From the human T2T-CHM13v2.0 reference genome, Homo sapiens, in assembly GCF_009914755.1 (NCBI RefSeq), contig NC_060933.1: a stretch of 64,000 nt of DNA, one strand, 5' to 3'. The position numbers and the translations under genes are program-made. Below are positions 1-14,147 of this stretch, piece by piece (positions within the stretch are counted from its first letter, which is position 1; each line of letters starts with the position of its first letter). Below the pieces are notes generated by a model that saw nothing but the letters and a program-made list of their open reading frames with translations, did not search any database and was not told where the DNA came from.

Positions 1-108
1 TGCCAAGAAATGGGATAGCCTCTATATAATTTTCTATAATAGATGTACTAATTTACATTCCCCCCAACAATGTGTAAGAGTTTCCTTTTCTCTGCATCCT
101 CACCAGAG

Positions 109-202
109 TTTTTTTTTTTTTTTTTAAGGAGACAGGGTCTCACTATGTTACCTAGGCTGGTTTCAAACTCGTGGGCTCAAGTGATCCATTTGTCTTAGCC
201 TC
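109..202 (-). mobile_element. Truncated Alu monomer (FLAM-like/left arm) inserted in the L1
   Basis: Poly-T followed by gagacagggtctcactatgttacctaggctggtttcaaactc; degenerate TSD accagagtt/accagcatt. Confidence 0.8.
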
Positions 203-325
203 AACCAGCATTTTTTATTGTCTTTTTGATAATAGCCATTCTAACTGGGGTGAAATGATATCTCATTGTGGTTTTGATGTGCATTTCTCTGATTCCTGAT
301 GGTTTTTTCATATACCTATTGGTCA

Positions 326-703
<378 letters not shown>

Positions 704-3210
704 ATTTCTGTGTTTTCTTTTGAGAAATGTCTATTCAGATTCTTTGACTACTTTTAAATGGGATTATTTATGCTTTTTTTTTTCTGTTGAGTTGTTTCAG
801 TTTCCTCCATATTCATGGCATTAGTCCCTTGTGGGATAAACAGTTTGCAAATATTCATTCCCATTCTACAGGTTGTCTCTTTACCCTGTTAGTTGTCTCC
901 TTTGCTGTGCAGAAGCTTCTTAGTTTAATATAGTCCCATTTGTCTATTTTTGTTTTTGTTGCCTGTGCTTTTTTGAGGTCTTAGCCGTAGTATCTCTGCC
1001 TAGACCAATGTCCTGGAGTGTTTCCCCTGTGTTTTTTCTAGTAGTTTTATAGTTTTGAGTCTTACATTTAAGTCTTTTGAGTTGATTTTTATATATGGTG
1101 AGAGATAGATGTCTAGTTTTATTCTTGTGCAAATGAATATGCTGTATTCCCAGCACCATTTATTGAAGAAGGTATCCTTTTCCCAGTGTATATTCTTCCT
1201 GCCTTTGTCCAAAAGGCTGTAAATATGTGGATTTATTTCTGAATTCTCTATTTTGTTTCATTGATCTGTGTATCTGTTTTATACCGATATTATGCTATTT
1301 TGGTTATTATAGCTCTGTAGTATATTTTGAAGTCAGGTAGTGTGATTCCTCCAGCTTTGTTCTTTTTGCTTAATATTGCTTTGGCTTTGCAGGGTCTTTT
1401 GTGGTTCCAAATAAGTTTTATGATTGGATTTTCTATTTCTGTGAAGAATCTAATTGGTATTTTGATAAGGATTGCCATTGAATCTGTCAACTGCTTTGAG
1501 TATGGTCATTTTAATAATATTAATTCTTCTAATTCATGAGCATGGGCTGCCTTTCCATTTGTTTGTGTTCACTTTCTTTCATTGGTGTTTTGTAATTTTC
1601 ATTGTAGAGGTCTTTCACCTTAGCTAAATTTATTCCTAGGCATTTTGTTTTTCTTATAGTTATTATCTGATTGCTTTCTTTATTTCTTTTCCAGCTAGTT
1701 GATAATTGGTGTATAGAAACACTACTAAATTTTGTATGCTGATATTGTATCCTGAAATTTTACTGAATTAGCTTATCAGATCTAAGAGTTTTTCAGTGCA
1801 GTCTTTAGGTTTTTCTATATATAAGCTCATATATCATCAGCAAACAGGAACAATTTGACTTTTTTTTTTCCAATTTGGATGTCTTTTATTTCTTTTGCCT
1901 GATTGCTCTGGCTGGGACTTCCAGTACTATTTGGAATACGAGTGGTGAAAACTAGGCATCCTTGTCTTATTCCAGTCCTTACAGGAAAGGCATTCAGCTT
2001 TTCCCCATTCGGTATGATACTAGCTATAGGTTTGTCATATTTGATCTGTATTATGTTGAAGTATGTTCCTTCTATACCTAATCTGTTGAGAATTTCTTAT
2101 GAAATGATGTTGAGTTTTATCAAATGTTTTATCTACATCTATTGAGATGATCATATGGTTTTTGTCCCTTATTGAATTGATGTGATGTATCACATTTGTT
2201 GATTTGCTTATGTTGGCGCATTGTTGTATACCTGGATATATCTCACTTGATCATGGTATATTATCTTTTTGATGTGTTGCTGGATTTAGTTTTTTAGTAT
2301 TTTGTTGAGGATTTTTGCATATATGTTCATCAGGGATATTGGCCTGTAGTTTTCTTTTTCTGTATGTAGTGTCTTTGGTTTTGGTATCAGGATAATTCTG
2401 GCCTCATAGATTGAGTTAGGAAGAATTCATTCCTTGCAACTTTTTGGAGTAGTTTGTGAAAAATTGGTATTAGCTTTTTTCTATAAGCTTGGTAGAATTC
2501 AGCAAAGCCATCTGGTCCTGGGCTTTTCTTTGTTGGGAGACTTTATTCAGTCTCATTACCTGTTATTGGTCGATTCAGGCTTTCTATTTCTTTTGGTTCA
2601 ATCTTAGTTAGGTTGTATGTGTCCAGGAATTTATCTTTGTCCTGTAGGTTTTCCAATTTGTTAGAATATAGTTGTTCATAATAGTCTCTGTTGATCCTTT
2701 GTATTTCTGTGATGTCAGTTGTTATGCCTCCTTTTTCATTTCCAATTTTATTTATTTAGGTCTTCCCCCCCTTTTTTTTGATTAGTCTAGCTAGAGTTTA
2801 TCAATTTTGATTGTGTTTTCAAAAAACAACTTGCCATTTCATTGACTCTTATTTTTTATTAGCCTCTATATTTTGTTTAGTTCTGCTCAGGTCTTTATTT
2901 CTATCTTCTACTATTTTTTCGGTTTAGTTTGTTTTTGCTTTCTATTTCCTTGAGGTACACAATTAGGTTGATTATTTAAAATCTTCTTTCTGATGTAGAT
3001 ATTTATTGCTATAATCTTCCCTCTTAGCACTGCTTTTGCTGCATTTCATAAGTTTAGGTATGTTGTGTTTCTATTTTCATTTGTTTCAATAATTTTTAAA
3101 TTTCCTTCTTAATTTCTTCATTGACTTAGTGGTCATTCAGGAACATGCTGTTTAATTTCCATATATTTGTATAGTTTCCAAAGTTCCTCTTGTTATTGAT
3201 TTCTAGTTTT

Positions 3211-3508
3211 TTTTTTTTTTTTTTGAGATGCAGTTTCACTCTTTGTTGCCCAGACTGGAGTGCAGTGGCATGATCTTGGCTCACTTCAACCTCCGCCTCC
3301 TGGGTTCAAGTGATTCTCCTGTCTCAGCCTCCTGAGTAGCTGGGATTACAGGTGCACACCACCATGCCCGGCTAATTTTTGTATTTTTAGTAGAGATGGA
3401 GTTTTACTATGTTCGCCAGGCTGGTCTTGAACTCCTGACCTCAAGTGATCCACCTGCTTCGGGCTCCCAAAGTGCTGGGATTACAGGCGTAAGTCACCAT
3501 GCCCGGCC
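3211..3508 (-). mobile_element. AluS (Sx-like), full length
   Basis: Perfect 14-bp TSD tgatttctagtttt at 3197-3210 and 3509-3522. Confidence 0.95.
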
Positions 3509-4326
3509 TGATTTCTAGTTTTATTTATACTGAGAAGACCTTTGATATGATTTTAATTTAAAAAAATTTGTTGATACTTGTTTTGTGGCTTAACGTACAG
3601 TCTATCCTGGAGAATGCTCCATCTGCTGATGAGAAGAATGTGCATTCTACAGCTGTTGAAATGTTCTATAAATGTCTGTTAGGTGTATTTGGTGTGTAGT
3701 GTAGATTAAAGCCAATGTTTCTTTGTTGATTTTCTGTCTAGATTATTTGTCCAACGCTGAAAGTGGGATGTTGAACTTTTCAACTTTATTGTCATGTGGT
3801 CTGTCTCTTTATCTCTAATAACATTTGCCTTATATATCTGGTACTCTGGTGTTAGGTACATATATTTATAATTGTTTATATTCTCGCTGAATTGATAACT
3901 TTATCATTATGTAATCACCTTCTTTGTCTCTTTTTATGTTTTTTGACTTAGTCTATTTAGTTTGATAGAAATATAGCTACTCTTGAATGCTTTTGGTTTC
4001 TGTTTGCATGGAATACTTTTTTCCATTCTTTCACTTTCAGTCTACGTGTCTTTACAGGTGAAGTAAGTTTCTAGTAGGCAGTATATAATTGAGTCTTTTT
4101 TTTTTTAAATCCATTCAGTTAGTATATATCTTTTCAATTGGTGAATTTAATTATTTTACAGTCAAGGTTGTTATTGATAGGGGTGAAGACTTATTCCTAT
4201 TATTTTGTTCATTGTTTTCTTGTGTTTTGATAGTCTTTGTTCCTCTCTTCCTCTTTTATCATTTACATTTACAATTTGGTTGATTTTTTTTGTAGTGATA
4301 AAGTTTGACTCTTTCCTTTTTCTTGT

Positions 4327-4656
4327 TCATGTATCTGCTCTACCAGTGAATTTTATTCTTTTGTGTGTTTTTATGATGGTAAATATTGCCTTTTTATTTC
4401 CAGATGTAGGACTCTTCAGCATTTCTTGTAGGTCCATTCTAGTGGTAATGAATTCCCTCAGTTTTTGCTTGTCTAGGAAAGACTTTATTTCTCCTTCATT
4501 TTTGAAGGATAGCCTTGCTGGGTGTACTATTTTTGGTTGACAGTTGTTTTCTTTCAGCACATTGACTATATTATCCCATTTTCTCATGGCCTGTAAGGTT
4601 TCTGTTGAGAAATCTGCTGTTAGTCTGATGGAGATTCCTTTAATGTCACTTGACAC
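4327..4656 (-). pseudogene. L1 ORF1p C-terminal remnant (RRM/CTD region)
   Basis: IRLTADFSTETLQAMRKWDNIVNVLKENNCQPKIVHPARLSFKNEGEIKSFLDKQKLREFITTR matches the L1 ORF1p C-terminus. Confidence 0.88.
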
Positions 4657-5089
4657 TTTACTCTTTCTGTTTTTAGGATTCTCTTTAACTTTTGACGGTT
4701 TGACTATAATGTGCCTTGTAGAAGATCTTTTTGGGATTAATCTATTTGGGGATCTGCGAGTGTTTTTGAATCTAGATGTCTATATCTCTTGCAAGACTTG
4801 ACAAGTTTTCAGATATTATTTTATTAAATAGATTTTTTATGTCTTTTCTCACTTCTCCTTCTGGAATCCTAAAGTTCACGTATTTGATGCTTTATGGTAT
4901 CCCATATGATCCCCTTGAATTCTCTTTTACCTTTCTTTTTTGTGCATGTTCCCACTGGCTTGGTTGGGCTTTTACTGACAGTGGTAGGTACCTGGGGCTC
5001 CTTTTAGAAAAACTGTACTTGGGCTACTGGAATTTGCCCGAACACCCAGGAGACTAAAGTGCCTAGAAATCATTCTGGTGCAGCCCTTG

Positions 5090-5712
5090 GCCTAAGACAG
5101 GCAGAGAAAGGAATAAGGAAGCCCAGCTCTCTTGCTCTAACTATGAGGCATAACTAACACTTGAGTGTCCCCCTGAGAGCAAGAATAAGGATGAAGCTCC
5201 CTCTGTGTGACCTGCCTGGCATGCACCCTTGCTTGGCTTCCCCCTTTTCTGTCCTGCTTCCTCCAGTCACTTGCCAGCCTCCTGGAGAAGCATGTATTTA
5301 ATAAACCACATGTACACAGTATGGACTGAATGTTTGTTTCCCCCGCAAAATTCCTATGTTGAAAGCCAATTGTCAGTGTGATGGTATTTGGAAGTGGGGC
5401 CTTTGAGAGGTGATGAGATTTGAGCCATTGTGATGGGATTAGTGCCCTTATAAGAAGAGGCCAAGGAGCCCTCTTCCCCCCTTTTACCAGGTGAGGATGC
5501 AATGTTAAAATGGCAATCTGGAACCTAGAAGAGGGCCCTCACCAGAACCTGACCATGTAGGCACAGGTGGGCGCACTGATACGGGACTTTCAGACCTATG
5601 AGAAATAAATTTCTATTGTTTATAAGCCACCCAGTTTATGGTACTTTGTTCTAGCAGCCTGATCTGACTAAGGCAGTATACAAATGCTTATCTCAGTGTC
5701 TGCTCCTGGAAA
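5090..5712 (+). mobile_element. Old ERVL-class LTR fragment (LTR16/LTR33-like), split by the MLT1A insertion
   Basis: aataaaccacatgtacac...aaatgcttatctcagtgtctgctcctggaa resembles the 3' end of old ERVL LTRs once the MLT1A is removed; left boundary uncertain. Confidence 0.45.
5317..5675 (+). mobile_element. MLT1A-type MaLR solo LTR
   Basis: tatggactgaatgtttgtttcccc...agaaataaatttctattgtttataagccacccagtttatggtactttgtt...gactaaggca; 5-bp TSD gtaca/gtata. Confidence 0.88.
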
Positions 5713-6177
5713 GTGTAATTGAAGCCAGTTTGTGAACACCATTCAGATTTCTGATTGGATTATCTTTTAGTTTAAGTGATGAAGAGCTACAATAATGGCT
5801 AGGTAGTTGGGACATTTCAATGGTCTGGCTAATATCATTGGATCTCAGGCACCTCAGTAATGAGATTACAGAGAAAGGGCCTTTAGTGCTTCTGATGGTG
5901 GTTTGCTGAATGCACTTCTGTGCAATTTTGAAACTGGCTTTGGGTTGCTGAATGAACGTTGCATGGTCTATTTTTTTTCTGAAGTCCAAATCCACCTCAT
6001 TTAATTTCATCCCAATTCTTCTAGTTATAGTCCCTTGCAGAATCCTAAAAACTCTTTATACTTGGTACAACAATTCTCATATAATAAAAAGAACAGACTG
6101 TTCTTGCATAGGAATATGCATGGGTCACCCTGCAGGAGGGAGGGGAGAGAGGATAATGGCATATTAAGCTCTGCAAC

Positions 6178-7011
6178 TGAGAGGTGAAGCCAGCTGGGCT
6201 TCTGGGTCGGGTGGGGACTTGAAGAACTTTTCTGTCTGGCTAAAGGATTGTAAACGCACCAATCAGTGCTCTGTGTCTAGCTAAAGGTTTGTAAACACGC
6301 CAATCAGCACTCTGTAAAAACGCACCAATCAGCACTCTGTGTCTAGCTAAAGGTTTGTAAACACACCAATCAGCACTCTGTAAAAACGCACCAATCAGCA
6401 TTCTGTGTCTAGCTAAAGGTTTGTAAATGCACCAATTAGCACTCTGTGCCTAGCTAAAATTGTAAGTGGACGAATCAGCACTCTGTAAAATGGACCAATC
6501 AGCACTCTGTAAAATGGACCAATCAGCAGGACATGGGCGGGGCCAAATAAGGGAATAAAAGCTGGCCACCCCAGCCAGCAGGGGCAACCTGCTGGGGTCC
6601 CCTTCCACATTGTGGAAGCTTAGTTCTTTCACTCTTCACAATAAATTTTGCTGCTGCTCACTCTTTGGGTCCACACTATCTTAATGAGCTGTAACACTCA
6701 CCACGAGGGTCTGCGGCTTCATTCTTGAAGTCAGTCAGACCACGAACCCACTAGAAGGAAGAAACAACTCCGGATGCACCACCTTTAAGAGCTGTAACAC
6801 TCACTGCGAAGGTCTGCGGCTTCACTCCTGAAGTCAATGAGATCACAAACCCACTGGAAGGAAGAAACTCTGGACACATCTGAACATCGGAGGGAACAAA
6901 CTCCGGACACACCATCTTTAAGAACTGTAACACTCACTGTGAGGGTCCGTGGCTTCATGCTTGAAGTCAGTAAGACCAAGAACCCACCGGAAGGAACCAA
7001 TTCCAGACACA
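6178..7011 (+). mobile_element. ERV9 solo LTR (short LTR12 type)
   Basis: Starts tgagaggtgaagccagctgg and ends ttccagacaca; U3 tandem CCAAT-containing subrepeats; gggaataaaagc TATA-like box; 4-bp TSD caac/caag. Confidence 0.95.
6235..6530 (+). repeat. LTR12 U3 enhancer tandem subrepeats with multiple CCAAT (NF-Y) boxes
   Basis: Repeated gctaaaggtttgtaaacgcaccaatcagcactctgt and aaaa(cgca/tgga)ccaatcagcactctgt units. Confidence 0.88.
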
Positions 7012-7198
7012 CAAGGAGGCTGCTCTGTTCTGGGAGGCACTTCTATCCCTCCATGCCTTTGGGTTGGTAATATTAAAATTTTCTTTGATTTTTCTTTATC
7101 TTTCATAAATATTTTGCATTTGGCTTTCCAGAGTCATTCTCATTTGTTCTTTGTCTTGCTTTTCCATCATGACTACCTTAGTTCAAGCTTTTACCATG

Positions 7199-7612
7199 TG
7201 TTCTACACTTAAATGTGCCCTCTCCTCATCTCAAATTCATATGTTGAAGTCCTAACCCCCAATGTCACTGTATTTGGAAATAGAGCCTGTATTTGGGGTA
7301 ATAAATGTTCAATGAGGTCATAAAAGTGGGACCCTCATTCTATAAAACTGATGTGCTTATAAGAAGAGGAAGAGACACCAGTGAACTCTCTGTGATCTTT
7401 CACAATCACATTTCCAACTTTCACATTGCCGTTTGAGGATGCAGCAAAAAGGTGGCAGTTTGTTGGCCAAAAGGAGAGGCCTCAGAAGAAACCAACCCTG
7501 TTGGGACATTTATCTTGAACTTTGAGCATCCAGGCTATGAGAAAATACATTTCTATTGTTTAAACCGTCCAGTCTCTAGTATTGTATTGTGGCAGCTCAG
7601 TAGATTAAGACA
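7199..7612 (+). mobile_element. MLT1B-type MaLR solo LTR
   Basis: aaattcatatgttgaagtcctaacccccaatgt...gaggcctcagaagaaaccaaccctg...attaagaca; TSD ccatg/ccatc. Confidence 0.87.
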
Positions 7613-7739
7613 CCATCATACATTGGGTTATCCCCTCCTCCTAGTAGTCCCTTAATTAGTATGCTTGTCTCTAATTTATTCTGTTTCAATTAATTTCTTA
7701 AGGCATCACATCTTACTTTGCAATGAAATAAACTCTTCT

Positions 7740-8193
7740 GTAGTATATTACTGCCTCAGAATAAAGCTTAAATGCCAGAGCCAGACATTCAAGATCCCTG
7801 TAATTCCCCCACCCAAGCCTCCTTTAAAACATTTTCTCTTTCTACTTCTTGATTCAAACTCCATGCTTCACACTCTGCCCTGTCCCCCAAATATAATAGG
7901 CCCAGCTGGAATATTCTCATTTCCTTGCAGACTATCCAAATCCCACCTGTTCTTTAGGTTCATCCTAAGTCTCACTTCACCCATGAAGCCCCTCTCATCT
8001 TTCTGGTCACCTTCTAAGATGCTCTTGCACTTTTTTGTCTTTACTACTGGTATTTACACTTAATCAGTGTTTGGATTTAAGTGTTTCATGTATCTTCCTA
8101 GTTAGACACAGAGACTGTACTGCTTTTAGTGATAACCCCAGTGCTTGACACATACGGAGTAGACACAATAATATGGGTGAATGAATGAGTGAA
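7740..8193 (+). mobile_element. L2 3' fragment
   Basis: Ends in the L2 tail cccagtgcttgacacat...tgaatgaatgagtgaa. Confidence 0.6.
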
Positions 8194-8958
8194 CAAAGCT
8201 GCAAACAGGGCAGGAGTAGTGCAACTTACACAGACTGAGTTGGGTTTAGGGTAGTACTGAACATAGAGTAGGTAGCTAATAGCTTCAAGAATGTTATGAT
8301 TTAGTTGCTACGTAAACCAAACTGGAGTTGCTTAAATCTTTGGCTTGTGTCACTTTGTGCCTAGATTCTCCCTATTTGATGAGCTATCTAATAAATGGTG
8401 AGAAAAATTGCTTATGCATTGGTATGGATCTCCCGCCGACCACCTATAAGTCCTAGTTTTCTTCTTTTGCTATTGCCACTGCAAAGTAGAGTCACCACTT
8501 TGCACAAACTTTACAGAGAGGTAGTGACCAAAGCCACTCGTGCCTAGAGTCTCAAGTAGGTGAGAATCTCACCCTAAGTCTAGCGTAATGCTGTAATAAC
8601 TTTGGGGCCTAACTTGACAATAAAGACATCATGTGACTTTACTTTTGTGTGTGTGTGCGTGCATGTTTGTGTGCATATGTTTAAGCCTGTACATATAAGT
8701 CTGTGTTCTTTGTGTAAAGGCCCATTCATTTACAGAAAAAAGAGCCTGCTCCAGATTTCCCCTCTGGAACTAGGAAATTTGTCCTTAATGAGACGAACAC
8801 AGGTTATATATAAGACTGATATGCAGGAGGAATGGAGCACAGCAGCCTTCCTAGAAGCGCGTTACACATCATAGACTGTTAGGGGTGGGAGAAACCTTAA
8901 AATCAAGTGTTGGGTTTCCCAAACTGCAGTCATTTATCACATCAACCATTTTAAAATC

Positions 8959-9257
8959 TTTTTTTTTTTTTTTTCTGAGATGGAGTCTCACTCTGTCACC
9001 CAGGCTGGAGTGCAGTGGTGCCATCTCTGCTCACTGCAACCTCCGCCTCCTGGGTTCAAGCAATTCCCTGCCTCAGCCTCCCGAGCAGCTGGGATTACAG
9101 GTGCCCGCCACCATGCCCAGCTAATTTTTTGTATTTTTAGTAGAGACTGGGTTTCACCATCTTGGCCAGGCTGGTCTTGAACTCCTGACCTTGTGATCCA
9201 CCTGCCTTGGCCTCCCAAAGTGCTGGGTTTACAGGTGTGAGCCACTGCGCTGGGTCC
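8959..9257 (-). mobile_element. AluS (Sg/Sc-like)
   Basis: Full dimeric antisense Alu with poly-T and the gaccttgtgatcc short-form diagnostic. Confidence 0.93.
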
Positions 9258-9654
9258 ATTCACAATTCATCAGAAGTGATGGTCTGATGCATTGTTAAGG
9301 TCTTTCCAGCAATGCACATGAAAGTTCAGTATATAAAAATCCACCCTGACAATCCATTTCATCCGTGTCATTGATTCTTCTGGACAGCTTGGGAAAAAGG
9401 GACAATTTCTGCAGGTTTGAAACCTTCACAGCATGTGCAAGCACCGGGGTCTTGCCTTGCTTGTGTGTGATGTGATCATCATGGTACCACCCACTTTAGC
9501 CCTGCGGTAGCAATAATATCCAACAAATCATGGGGCTGATGATGGGCTACTTATGTATGTATTTTTATGTTTGGTAGAAAAATATTAAAGCATTTATCTT
9601 TGTTCCACCTTTTGTGTAATTTCCATAGTGGTACAAACACCATACTTTAGGAAA

Positions 9655-9805
9655 CATTGATGTAGTCCAACTCTCTTATTTGAGGAGGAGAAATTAAAGG
9701 TCTGGAGAGGTGAAATCTCTTTGCCGAAAGTCATTCAAATATTTAATGGCAGAATGTTGGAGTTCCTGACTACCAGTGTGGTGTATTGCCCCCTAAATCA
9801 CGCTC
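9655..9805 (-). mobile_element. MIR fragment
   Basis: Core gaggagaaattaaaggtctggagaggtgaaatctctttgccgaaagtcattca. Confidence 0.6.
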
Positions 9806-10691
9806 ATTTAATCAGTTAATCTCTTAGGACAGGCATGAAACAAATGTTGGTGATCTCTTGGCAATGCTAGCCCCATGGTGAAATGGAGATCTGTGATTGG
9901 CTCTATTGTCAAGAACTCTTAAGAAATTAGAGTCTAGAAAAGACAGTTGTGCAAACAAAAACTTACTGAGCTAGAAGGGAGCCCAGGGTCATCCAGATCA
10001 ATCCTGGGCTGAATCCTGCAAGGTCTAGGGATGGCCCCTGTGGGACCTCTTTGCAGGGCCAGAAGTCAAGGTACAAGAGGGAATTGGCAAGCAGGCAGGG
10101 TTGGGGGCCTCTTGCCCTCATTTCAGTCACAGCTGCACTGCTTTCATGTGTTCTATGTGTTATTTTCATGTAAAGTAGCATCGAAAATATTTTCAGGACT
10201 AATGTTGGAAATGCACTGTGCCTGTCCATTTTCATCTCATAAATAACATTGAGACTCCAAAGGTATCATGATTTTCTAATTAACAACAGAGATGACCTTC
10301 CTTTCCCAGAATTTCTATATCATAAAAAAGCAAGAGGCTAGAGTGTCCATGAACGTGGGCTTTGTGATTATGCAAATTTGAACCTGAATCCTAGCATGGC
10401 TCAAATGGAATTTTTCTTCAGTTAGGAATTTAATAATGCTTCTTTCTCCAAATTGGGCAAACTATTTCTCCAAGTATTTGGGGGGTACTTGATGCTGGAA
10501 GCGTCATTTGTGTTACCATAGGAAGTTAGGGAGAAGTGGCTTCCTTAGTTTACCCTACCCCAGACATGTCATTGGAGGAAGGGGGTAAAAAAGGGAAGGC
10601 TACATGAAGGAAGAGGGAGAACACAAAGGTGGCAGGGAACATGCCTAAAAGCCTTCCATGTGACTTCAGCTGCACTTCTGCAGAATTTTTT

Positions 10692-11214
<523 letters not shown>

Positions 11215-11368
11215 CAAGCCTCCAGGAGGCACAGTGAGTGTTTTTGTCATTCACACTTTAGAGCGGATTCATGGTTAGCTTGCTGTTCCCCAGTCCACTA
11301 GCAGAACTGAGGCGGATGGAAACTTTCGTGATAGAGCTTCTGACACAAAGTAGCCTGGTCCATTTGCT

Positions 11369-12010
11369 CAGTTATTCAACAAATATTTGAGTGCCTCCCT
11401 GGGGTCAGGCACTATAGTTAGTCCTAGCTATACTAGTGAAAACAAAGTATACGAAGATCCTGCCCTTGCAATCTGGGAGTGAGGGGTGGGGTGGGGTAAA
11501 GTCTCAGAAATAAAATAACTAAAGCTCTCAGCATATTACAAGATGATAAGTGTGGTGGAAAAATAAAGCATGAAGGAGGAAGATGGCGTGCCTCCAACGA
11601 GAAGGGGACATCTGGGCAGATTTGAGGGATCAGCCCCAGAAGATATGGAGAGGAAAAACATTCTAAGCAAGGGTAGAATAAGTGAGAAGACTGTGAGGTA
11701 GGTGAAGAATGGAAGATGAGGCCAGGAGAAGCAGGGGTGTGTTGTGGGGAGGAAGATTGAGGAAGGAAGGAAGGAAGGGAGAGAGTGAAAAGAAGGGTTT
11801 TTGCTTTTACTTGGAGCAAGATGGGAGCATTTGAGGGGTTTTGAGTTTGGAAGTGACATGATAGGACTTGAGATTTTCAGGATCATGGTGACGACTGCAC
11901 TGAGAATGTACTGAATGGGAGTGAGGGCAAGGCAGAGAGATGAGCTTAGACAGGGTGCAGAGAAGGGCTGGCCGGTGGGACCCGGGGCTGTTCTGTGTTG
12001 ATCTGTGCAA
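11369..12010 (-). mobile_element. L2 fragment
   Basis: Antisense L2 tail ttattcaacaaatatttgagtgcct... and body gagcatttgaggggttttgagtttggaagtgacatgat. Confidence 0.75.
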
Positions 12011-12700
12011 GGCAACAGGGGTAGGGTTTAGTTTTAGTGTGTCCACCTTTAATTCTCCAGGTGCCCTCTAACTCCCCTTCTGAAACCCTCTGTCTTCCCC
12101 CATCTTCTCCTGTAGCTGGAGGTTAAGTACATCCTTGAGGATGTCCCAGAGAGTTGATGGCTATGCCTTGGAATGGTCCTGATTCACAGCCCTTTGGCTT
12201 TAACTAGGTTTGTAGAAGCTCCTGTCCCAGGCATTCACCTCCCTCGGGATAAGAATCATCAGTCACCAGGGAGAAAATGGATATCTTGAAGCTGTGGGCT
12301 CTTAACTCCTTTAAAGCCGCAGGACAAATGATTTAACTGAACACTTGTCATGCAGGGAGGAACAGTAATCTTAGAAAAGGGAAGAAAAGTCTTCAAAATT
12401 CAGAATCTGGGGAAATTGCAGAGAAGGCAGCTTTATTCTTCTTGGGTGTGTGTCCATTGTGGAAGGAGTAGGGAGGCACAACCACAAATCTTGGATGGCC
12501 CTGGCATACCGAGGGCAGGTTTCCCTTGACAGCACTTTATTTCCAGAATTGTAACAAGGCCCAGTGTTGAAAAGGGGAAGAAAAGTGTGGCAGTCAACAA
12601 TAATTATGGTCATCTGATAATCATCAGTTATGGATGTGGGGAAGGGAGAATTCTGAAATCCTTTAACTAACTAAAAGTAAAACATCACCTCTGTCTAGAC

Positions 12701-12913
12701 CGGGATTTCTCAATTTCAGTAGTGTTGACATTTTGGGCCAGACAATTCTTTGTGGTGAGGGCTATTCTGTGCATTGTAGGATGTTATGCAGCATCCCTGG
12801 CCTCTGCATCCTGGATGCCAGCAGCACCTCCCCAGTAGTGACAACTAAAAATGTCCCCAGACATTGCCAAGTGTCCCCTGAGGAACAGAGTTGCCCCTGG
12901 CTGAGAACTGCTC
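12701..12913. mobile_element. MER20 (hAT-Charlie MITE)
   Basis: ttgacattttgggccagacaattctttgtggtg...aaaaatgtccccagacattgccaagtgtcccctg; 8-bp TSD gtctagac/acctagac. Confidence 0.92.
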
Positions 12914-13955
12914 ACCTAGACTTAGGCAGGGGCATTGGGTGCAGTCAGGATTGTTTTACTTCATGTCCTCTCTGGCTGATGAAATCAATAGAGTTAACAC
13001 TAATAGTGGTTTATTCTTGGTCACTGGGATAGCACGGCATGTGCTGTTCTATTTTGAGAGAACAATTTTCCTGTGTTTTATGTAATAAGGGCCTTGTGAT
13101 GCATGGATTCTGGGCATCCCAACATATAAGTGTGCCTGTAAGGCAAAGAAACTAAAAACAAGGCACGCTCTGATTGCCAAGGAGGGGCCATGTTTTCTTT
13201 CGCGTCTCTCTCCTGGACCCATGCAATAATTAGTCAAAGTAAAATGAATATTAGCTCATGCTTAACTGCCTTTACCGCGCACTTGCCAGCGCTGACCCAG
13301 TAGTGCTAAACCAATTATTTTTTGAACTTTATGGCTTTAAATAATCCTTTGCTCTAAAATTCCCTATACCCCTCAGCTACTTAACCACAGGCCCCTCTGC
13401 CCTAAATCCTTTTCTTATACTTTGTAGCTTTTTAAGCAAGGAACCTCTTTAAGAAGACATAATCCCTTCTCTGTAGAAAACATGAAAGACCTTGAACAAA
13501 TCAAGATTTCTCCATGGAGAATTCAGCTAATCCTGTGCTTAGCTCCTAACAAGGAAATCCATCTCTCCACCAAGCACGCCATTACCCGGACTAATGCCTG
13601 ACTTGAATAACAAGCAAATTATTGTGCTTTTAATTGTACCCTGCTCGGTCACAAAGCACATCTGAGACAGGAATGTGCCGAGCTCTTCCAGGAGAAACAG
13701 GTCATGCTTCTAATCCTCCTTTTCTGTCGCCTTCCCCTCCCCCCTTTCAATCCTTTTTCTTCCCAGCGGCACACACAAAAAAAATTAAAAAAGACAGCTA
13801 AATTATGTTTAAAATGGAAGAGTCTAAAAGAAAAAAGGTGGTAAATACTGACTTGGGAGAGGATGAATTATCTAGTCTCTGCAGTGTGGCTCATTTGAGG
13901 ACAATCAATGTTATCATAACCCCATTACTGCAGGGCAATCTTTGTTACCCTAAAC

Positions 13956-14147
13956 CAGGCTTCCTCAACCTCAGCAGGATTGACATTTTGGGCTGAATAA
14001 TTCTTTGCGGTGGGGGGACTTTCCCGGGCATTGGACAATATTTATTGGCCTCCCAAGTTGTGACAACCTAAAATGTACCAAGACATTTCCAAATGTCTCC
14101 GGGGAGGAGGCGGGGGGGGCAAAATCGCCCGTGGTAGAGAACTATTG
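13956..14147. mobile_element. MER20, second copy, internally shortened, same orientation as the first
   Basis: ttgacattttgggctgaataattctttgcggtggggg...aaaatgtaccaagacatttccaaatgtctcc...gagaactattg. Confidence 0.88.

Noticed and set aside
5317-5675. Local MLT1A LTR as donor of the transduced fragment at 36831-36999
   Set aside because: The homologous segments differ at many positions and this copy has no adjoining L1.
6235-6530. CRISPR-like repeat array
   Set aside because: The repeats are contiguous LTR12 enhancer subunits with no unique spacers, in a eukaryotic context.
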